Below, one piece after another: positions 57,424 to 62,794 of a DNA stretch of 62,794 nt. The stretch covers positions 1-62,794 of the forward strand of contig VGJU01000001.1 in the NCBI GenBank assembly GCA_016867335.1, given 5' to 3'. Source of the stretch: Candidatus Zixiibacteriota bacterium. Lineage in GTDB: Bacteria; JAAXHH01. Below the pieces are notes generated by a model. The model ran no database searches. It was not told where the DNA came from and saw only the letters and a program-made list of their open reading frames with translations. The position numbers and the translations under genes are program-made. Each line of letters opens with the position of its first letter. Within the stretch, counting starts at the first letter, position 1.

Positions 57424-59925
57424 ATGACGACGGTAGAGTTTAACGAAAAGCTTGTTTTGCACACGCCTGCACTGGCCGGTCACGACTACGATAGCGTAAC
57501 GCTGATGATGGACCCGGACGCCCCCAACTGGATCGGAACGGACCGTCGAGGCGCGCGTCTGCTCCGTATGCTGGATGGACACCGGACTTTTGGCGAGGTC
57601 GTGAGTCTGTATGCACAGGAAAACGCCATGGATGTGGCCAAAGCATGGCTGCACTGTCACGACTTTGTCAAGGAAGCGATGCGTTATAACATGGTTTCCC
57701 TCAAACCGTTTGTCTCGCCGCCGTATGCGGGGCGCGCCGCCGTCGCCAAAGCCGACCGTCTTTCCGAACTGTGGATACACACCAACAACTCGTGCAACCT
57801 TACCTGCGCGCACTGTCTGGTGTCCTCGTCGCCACACGGTGAAGCCGGTCTCCCTACGGAAACGCTCAAGCGGATCATCGACGAGGCGGTGGACGCGGGA
57901 GTGGAGCGGTTCTATTTTACCGGCGGCGAGCCGTTTGTCCGCAAAGACCTCTTTGATCTTATCGGATACGTCACCGATCGGGCCGACTTAGTCATCCTGA
58001 CCAACGCGATGCTGCTTCACGGTACGCGGCTCAACCGTCTGGCGGCGATGGACGCTTCGCGTCTGCGTTTTCAAGTGAGTGTGGACGGATCGACCCCCAA
58101 AATCAACGACCCCATACGCGGCGAAGGCAGTTTTGCAGGCACGATACGCGGACTTAAAAACCTCAAATCCATCGGTTTCGATCCAACGATCACCACGGTC
58201 GTCACGCCCGACAACGTAGATGATGTACCCAACGTCACACGGCTTGCGGGCGAGTTGGGGCTGTCCACGCACCATCTCATGTGGATGCACGCACGTGGTC
58301 GCGCCACCGAGCCGGGCGGAACCGGTATCGTGCTGTCGGTGGAACGGCTGATCGAGACCGCCAAAAAGGCGCGTGCCGCCGGCGAAGAGGTCGGCGTCAC
58401 CATAGACAACTATCAAGCGATGGAGAACCGAGTCAACGGCGAACCGAGCGTCAAACTCGATCTGAGTCTGGCCGGATGGGGTTCGCTGTGCGTCTATGCC
58501 GACGGTCACGTATACCCGTCCGCCTCGTTTGCGGGTCATGGACCGCTCGACATGGGCAGCGTCCTTGAGCGTCCGCTCAAGGACATCTGGCTCGACTCCC
58601 CGATCGCCCGTCATTTTCGCGAGGCAACGGTCCAGCAAAAGGATGTCTGTCACGCTTGTCATCTCAAGTTTGTCTGTGGCGGCGGCGACATCGAACACAG
58701 TTATTTTCACTCGCGCCGTATCGAGGGCGAAGGCCGTCTGCTCGCATGGGATCCCTATTGTGAACTGTACCGACATTTTATCTACGAAGGCATGGGAAAA
58801 CTGACCGAGGACAAGGCGCGCGCAAAAGTCAATTCGGGCTACAACTCGCCGCCGCTGCACCATGCGATGGGCGAAGGGGCGGTCGTTTGCGGCGCAAACG
58901 GTCATGCCCCGCGTCCCGGCGCGTTGCGGGTGGAAATGCTTCACTCCAACTGCGTGCTGACTTACGACCTCGACATATCCCGCGCCGTGGTTCGCGAGTT
59001 TTACGGTCAGGCCGCCGAACAACCCCAGACCGAACTGTGCTGTCCTACTTCCTACGACCGCAGTCTGACCGAACATATTCCGCAAGAAGTACTCGACCGG
59101 TTTTACGGATGCGGGTCGCCCATGGAACTCGGCGAAGTACAGCCGGGCGAAACGGTCATCGACCTCGGCTCCGGCGGTGGGATCGACTGTTTTATCGCGG
59201 CCCGATTGGTCGGGGCGACCGGCAAGGTTGTCGGAGTGGACATGACCGATCAGATGCTTCAGGTGGCGCATGAAAACCGAGTCAAGGTAGCTACCTCGCT
59301 CGGATACGACGTGGTGGAGTTTCGCAAAGGGTTTTTGGAAGAACTGCCGGTCGAGGACCGCAGTGTGGACCTGATCACGTCAAACTGCGTGATCAACCTG
59401 TCGCCCGACAAAAAACGGGTGTTCCGCGAGATGTGGCGCGTCCTCAACGACCACGGGCGGGTCGTGGTTTCCGACATCGTCACCGAAGTGTCGGTCCCGG
59501 CGCATCTGCAAGCCAACGCGCGGCTGTGGGGCGAATGTCTGAGCGGCGCGCTGACCGAAGACGAATTTCTCAGCTTTCTCGAACAGGCGGGATTTTACGG
59601 GCTGGCCATACTTAAAAAGACGTACTGGAAAGAAGTGGAAGGCTATCGGTTTTATTCGGTTACGGTACGCGGGTTCAAATACGAGAAAAAGGCAGGATGC
59701 GTGTATATCGGTCAGGCAGCTATCTACCGGGGACCGTTCAAATCCATCATGGACGAGGAAGGTCATCTATTCCCGCGCAACGAGGCCATCGCAGTATGCA
59801 CCGACACCGCCGCCAAACTCCAGCAGGGACCGTACACGGGGCTGTTTACCGTGACCGACCCGACCCGCGAAATCCCGGAAGATTTTCTCTCCGCCTGTTG
59901 TGGCCCGGGCGGCGCGTGTTGCTGA
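57424..59925 (+). CDS. arsM: PqqD/RRE-like head + radical SAM + SPASM domain fused to a full-length ArsM-type As(III) SAM methyltransferase
   Basis: 833 aa from the ATG at 57424, with AAGGAG 6 nt upstream. Radical-SAM and SPASM motifs: CNLTCAHC, CVYADGHVYP...CHACHLKFVCGGGD. ArsM motifs: LCCPTSY, FYGCGSP, VIDLGSGGGID, ITSNCVINL, LWGECLSGAL and a terminal CCGPGGACC. Confidence 0.8.
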   Translation: MTTVEFNEKLVLHTPALAGHDYDSVTLMMDPDAPNWIGTDRRGARLLRMLDGHRTFGEVVSLYAQENAMDVAKAWLHCHDFVKEAMRYNMVSLKPFVSPPYAGRAAVAKADRLSELWIHTNNSCNLTCAHCLVSSSPHGEAGLPTETLKRIIDEAVDAGVERFYFTGGEPFVRKDLFDLIGYVTDRADLVILTNAMLLHGTRLNRLAAMDASRLRFQVSVDGSTPKINDPIRGEGSFAGTIRGLKNLKSIGFDPTITTVVTPDNVDDVPNVTRLAGELGLSTHHLMWMHARGRATEPGGTGIVLSVERLIETAKKARAAGEEVGVTIDNYQAMENRVNGEPSVKLDLSLAGWGSLCVYADGHVYPSASFAGHGPLDMGSVLERPLKDIWLDSPIARHFREATVQQKDVCHACHLKFVCGGGDIEHSYFHSRRIEGEGRLLAWDPYCELYRHFIYEGMGKLTEDKARAKVNSGYNSPPLHHAMGEGAVVCGANGHAPRPGALRVEMLHSNCVLTYDLDISRAVVREFYGQAAEQPQTELCCPTSYDRSLTEHIPQEVLDRFYGCGSPMELGEVQPGETVIDLGSGGGIDCFIAARLVGATGKVVGVDMTDQMLQVAHENRVKVATSLGYDVVEFRKGFLEELPVEDRSVDLITSNCVINLSPDKKRVFREMWRVLNDHGRVVVSDIVTEVSVPAHLQANARLWGECLSGALTEDEFLSFLEQAGFYGLAILKKTYWKEVEGYRFYSVTVRGFKYEKKAGCVYIGQAAIYRGPFKSIMDEEGHLFPRNEAIAVCTDTAAKLQQGPYTGLFTVTDPTREIPEDFLSACCGPGGACC

Positions 59926-61071
59926 CTACCAGTTGGTATACGATCCGTCGCGGCGGTGCAGATGCGGCGCTTCCCAGAACCGGAACGCCTCCTGCGCCAG
60001 CGTCTCGTCGAATTCTACGCCCAGACCGGGTTCTTCCGGCAATGGATAGCCACACCCGGCCAGTTTGATTTGCTTGGGAAACAGATCGTCACCAAACGAA
60101 AATTCACGTTCGCGCGACTCCAGCCAAGCAAAATTGGGTACGGCGGCGCTGAAATGTACATGTGCGGCCGTGCTGATAGGGCCAAGCGGATTGTGTGGCA
60201 TCATGTCGATATAATGCGCCTCGCACCACCCCGCCACCTTTATCGCCTCGGTAAAACCGCCCACATTGCAGATGTCGATCCGCGCAAACTGGGTCAACCC
60301 CCGCTCGATATACGGCAAAAACTGCCATTTGCTGGAAAACTCCTCTCCAATGGCAAACGGGACGGGGGTCATCGTCCGTAGGGAGGCGTAGGCGTCGGGG
60401 CATTCGTCACGGATCGGCTCTTCGAGAAAATCGAGCGCCCCGGGCAAAAGACGCTGACAAAACGAGGCGGCCTCGGCTACGCTCAACCGATGGTGATAGT
60501 CTATACCGAGCACCGGTCCCGGCCCTACCGCCTCGCGGACCCGGTTGAGCCATTCGGCTGTCAGCCCGATGGATTCGCGTGGTTCGAACAGATTCGGGTC
60601 GCCGCCCGTATCGGGGTGTCCGGGAACAAAACGGATCGACTGCCAGCCGTCGGCAACCATTTTTTGCGCGTGTTCGACGACCGCAGGACCGTCAAGCCCG
60701 ATCGAGGTGACAAACCCCGGCACGATATCGCGATGCGCGCCACCCAACAGCCGATACACAGGAATGCCGAGACTGCGGGCCACAAGATCGTGCAACGCAA
60801 TGTCGATCGCCGATATCGCCCCGGTAAGAATACGACCGCCTTCGAAATACTGACTTCGGTACATCTCCTGCCACAACGCGCCGATACGTCGGGGGTCTTT
60901 GCCGATCAAAAATTCGCGGTAGTGCCGGATCGCGCCTTCTACCGCCAGTTCGCGCCCCGATATGCCAGACTCGCCCCAACCGTAACAACCGTCGTCCGAC
61001 TCTATCTTGACGATCAACTGGTTGCGATGACCGACCCACACCGGAAACGTTCGGATGGAAGCGATTTTCAT
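59926..61071 (-). CDS. enolase-superfamily dehydratase (mannonate/galactonate dehydratase-like)
   Basis: Track ORF trimmed to MKIASIRTFPVWVG (381 aa). Carries GWGESG, IDIALHDL, GIDYHH, FLEEP and FAIGEE. Its stop codon abuts the stop of the convergent 57424-59925 gene. Confidence 0.8.
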   Translation of the reverse strand: MKIASIRTFPVWVGHRNQLIVKIESDDGCYGWGESGISGRELAVEGAIRHYREFLIGKDPRRIGALWQEMYRSQYFEGGRILTGAISAIDIALHDLVARSLGIPVYRLLGGAHRDIVPGFVTSIGLDGPAVVEHAQKMVADGWQSIRFVPGHPDTGGDPNLFEPRESIGLTAEWLNRVREAVGPGPVLGIDYHHRLSVAEAASFCQRLLPGALDFLEEPIRDECPDAYASLRTMTPVPFAIGEEFSSKWQFLPYIERGLTQFARIDICNVGGFTEAIKVAGWCEAHYIDMMPHNPLGPISTAAHVHFSAAVPNFAWLESREREFSFGDDLFPKQIKLAGCGYPLPEEPGLGVEFDETLAQEAFRFWEAPHLHRRDGSYTNW

Positions 61072-61193
61072 GACGGAAGCCTTTCGTGTAAGCAAGGATA
61101 GACCGGATTCCATGTTGCATGTCAGGGGATGCGTCTATATTATACAGACACATTCGGAAAACCGCTACAGGGATTCGTAAAAAGGACACGCGC

Positions 61194-62045
61194 ATGGCCT
61201 TGCTGAACCGGCAACAATGCACGCTTTACGAAGAACAGGGCTATCTGATCGTCCGGGACGTACTTACGGACGACGATCTATCGCTGGTTCGATCCGCCGT
61301 CGAACGGCACGTGGACGAGCAAGCCCACACGTTTTACGCAGAAGGAAAAATTGCGGAACGGTACGAAAAGCTACCGTTTACCCATCGCCTGACCCAACTC
61401 TACCAACATCGAAGCCGGAAAAGCATCGGGTGGAATCGGGAAGTCTTTAGCCGAGAAATCTACGACTTTGGCATGCTTCCGCAGATTCTCGACATAGCCG
61501 AGTCGCTTGTCGGTCCGGAACTCCAGTTTAACGGCGACTACTGGATACGAACCAAGTTGCCCGGCGACAGCGTCACCACGTTCCCGTGGCATCAGGACAG
61601 CGGCTATTACGGCGATCCGACGCCATTTCACATCCTGTCGCTTTGGATCCCGCTGGTGGACGTGGATGAAGAAAACGGCTGTATGCAGGTCATTCCAGGC
61701 AGCCATCGGTGGGGGCTTTTGCCGGTAGGACGAGACGACGAAGGGCATCATGTTCCGCTGGAGGAACTGGAAAAACGCGGAGAGGTCGTCACGCTGCCCA
61801 TGAAAGCTGGAGAGATTTTTGCCTTTCACAACCTGACGATTCACCGATCCCTGATGAATCGGACGGACGGCATCCGCTGGAGCATCGATCTTCGATATTC
61901 GGAAACCGGCATGCCGCTGGTATGGCTCTGGAAATGCGGACTCAACGGATTTGTCGCGCGTAGCCGCAAAAATCCGGATCAGGTGGATGCGTGGGAAGGC
62001 TGGCAGGAGAAACGCCGGCTGGCCGATATCGAAGCCGGAAGGTGA
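61194..62045 (+). CDS. PhyH-family 2OG-Fe(II) dioxygenase
   Basis: Track ORF trimmed to MALLNRQQCTLYEEQGYLIVRDV (283 aa). Carries FPWHQDSGYY and LTIHRS. Confidence 0.8.
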   Translation: MALLNRQQCTLYEEQGYLIVRDVLTDDDLSLVRSAVERHVDEQAHTFYAEGKIAERYEKLPFTHRLTQLYQHRSRKSIGWNREVFSREIYDFGMLPQILDIAESLVGPELQFNGDYWIRTKLPGDSVTTFPWHQDSGYYGDPTPFHILSLWIPLVDVDEENGCMQVIPGSHRWGLLPVGRDDEGHHVPLEELEKRGEVVTLPMKAGEIFAFHNLTIHRSLMNRTDGIRWSIDLRYSETGMPLVWLWKCGLNGFVARSRKNPDQVDAWEGWQEKRRLADIEAGR

Positions 62046-62056
62046 AGAGGGTAGAC

Positions 62057-62794
62057 ATGATCACTACGCCCGAACAGCGGAAAAGATTTGAAGAGGACGG
62101 GTTTCTTATTATCCGAGGATTGTTTTCGTCGGCGGAAATCGGGGCGCTCAAAGCCGATATGCCTGCGCTTCAGACGGAGCGGTTGGTGGGCGAGGCGGGC
62201 GGACGTAACAAAGGGGGTATGGTCGTGGAGGACGGTACTACCCCCCGGCTTCAGTTTGACATACACCGGACCGGAACCAAGTTCGACCTGCTGGCGCGGC
62301 ATCCCCGAACCGCCGGTATCGTGCAGGAGGTCATGGGCGCGTCAATGTACCTCTATCACACCAAACTGGCCTTTAAGGCCGCCTTTACGGGGTCGGTTCA
62401 GTTCTGGCATCAGGATTACGGATACTGGGTCGGCGTAAAACATCCCCAGCCAGCGATGGCCTCGTGTCTGGTCATGCTCGATGCGGCCAGTGAAGACAAC
62501 GGGTGTATGCAGGTGCTGGTCGGGTCGCACAAGGGCGGCGTAAAACCGCACGAACCGTGTCCGCGCGAATCCACCGGGGACGGACAGATACGTCTTCCCA
62601 ATACGGCGATGGAGACGTACTGCCGGATGTATCCCCGTCTCAAACTGATCGGTGTGCCGGGGGATTTTGTCGTTTGGCATTCCAACACGATGCACGCATC
62701 GGCGCACAATGTTTCCGAGCGATCCAGACACGCCGCCATCATTGCGTACAACGCGGTGGGCAATTACGACAAAAATCAGCAGATCCCCGCCAAC
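62057..62794 (+). CDS. PhyH-family 2OG-Fe(II) dioxygenase (3' end beyond window)
   Basis: Open frame from the ATG at 62057 to the window edge; it is absent from the ORF track because it has no stop. Carries MITTPEQRKRFEEDGFLIIRGLF, FWHQDYGYW and VVWHSNTMHAS. Confidence 0.75.
   Translation, partial: MITTPEQRKRFEEDGFLIIRGLFSSAEIGALKADMPALQTERLVGEAGGRNKGGMVVEDGTTPRLQFDIHRTGTKFDLLARHPRTAGIVQEVMGASMYLYHTKLAFKAAFTGSVQFWHQDYGYWVGVKHPQPAMASCLVMLDAASEDNGCMQVLVGSHKGGVKPHEPCPRESTGDGQIRLPNTAMETYCRMYPRLKLIGVPGDFVVWHSNTMHASAHNVSERSRHAAIIAYNAVGNYDKNQQIPAN

Noticed and set aside
57424-59925. The radical-SAM protein as the missing AmrS partner of the amrA/amrB pair
   Set aside because: It lies 40 kb away. 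It carries SPASM and ArsM domains that AmrS-type PflA-like activases lack. It is also linked to a PiT gene instead.
1-62794. CRISPR arrays, retron/DGR elements, prophage, rRNA operons
   Set aside because: Reading both strands, I found no regularly spaced repeats of 24-40 nt, no reverse transcriptase or cas-like ORFs, no phage structural genes and no rRNA-like segments. A subtle array could still be missed without computation.

Overview
A 62.8-kb, GC-rich (about 60% by eye) bacterial chromosomal segment with about 55 protein-coding genes and one tRNA-Arg(CCU). I saw no rRNA gene, CRISPR array, reverse transcriptase or intact mobile element. All family calls come from motif recognition in the supplied translations, with no database search. 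Start codons marked 'trimmed' are my inference.

Gene content:
- Metabolism: a coenzyme-B12 diol/glycerol dehydratase with fused large and medium subunits; four enolase-superfamily dehydratase/racemase paralogues; five PhyH-type 2OG dioxygenases; four xylose-isomerase-like TIM barrels; several SDR/MDR dehydrogenases.
- Envelope glycosylation: five glycosyltransferases, gmd, an Rmd-like reductase, a methyltransferase and a beta-barrel OMP.
- DNA repair: an sbcD/sbcC pair split by a sugar-nucleotide reductase gene.
- An AMMECR1/MEMO1 pair.
- A zinc-ribbon adenylate cyclase.

A Por/T9SS-type C-terminal sorting domain hints at an FCB-group-like lineage, yet three near-consensus TTGACA/TATAAT-type promoters are present.

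Most interesting signals:
1. A PiT transporter followed by an 833-aa protein. It fuses a PqqD/RRE-like head, a radical-SAM core and a SPASM domain to a complete ArsM arsenite methyltransferase.
2. A decayed integron-like scar at 39.2-41.6 kb. It holds an IntI relic made only of N- and C-terminal signatures, a transposase stub, a frameshifted PD-(D/E)xK nuclease-like ORF and AT-richer sequence.
3. A MetE-like zinc methyltransferase paired with an unassigned Cys-rich protein.
4. An orphan leftward transcription unit with a tiny SD-preceded ORF.
5. An exact 14-nt unit repeated in tandem at two distant intergenic sites.
6. At least seven reading-frame lesions, confined to accessory paralogues.
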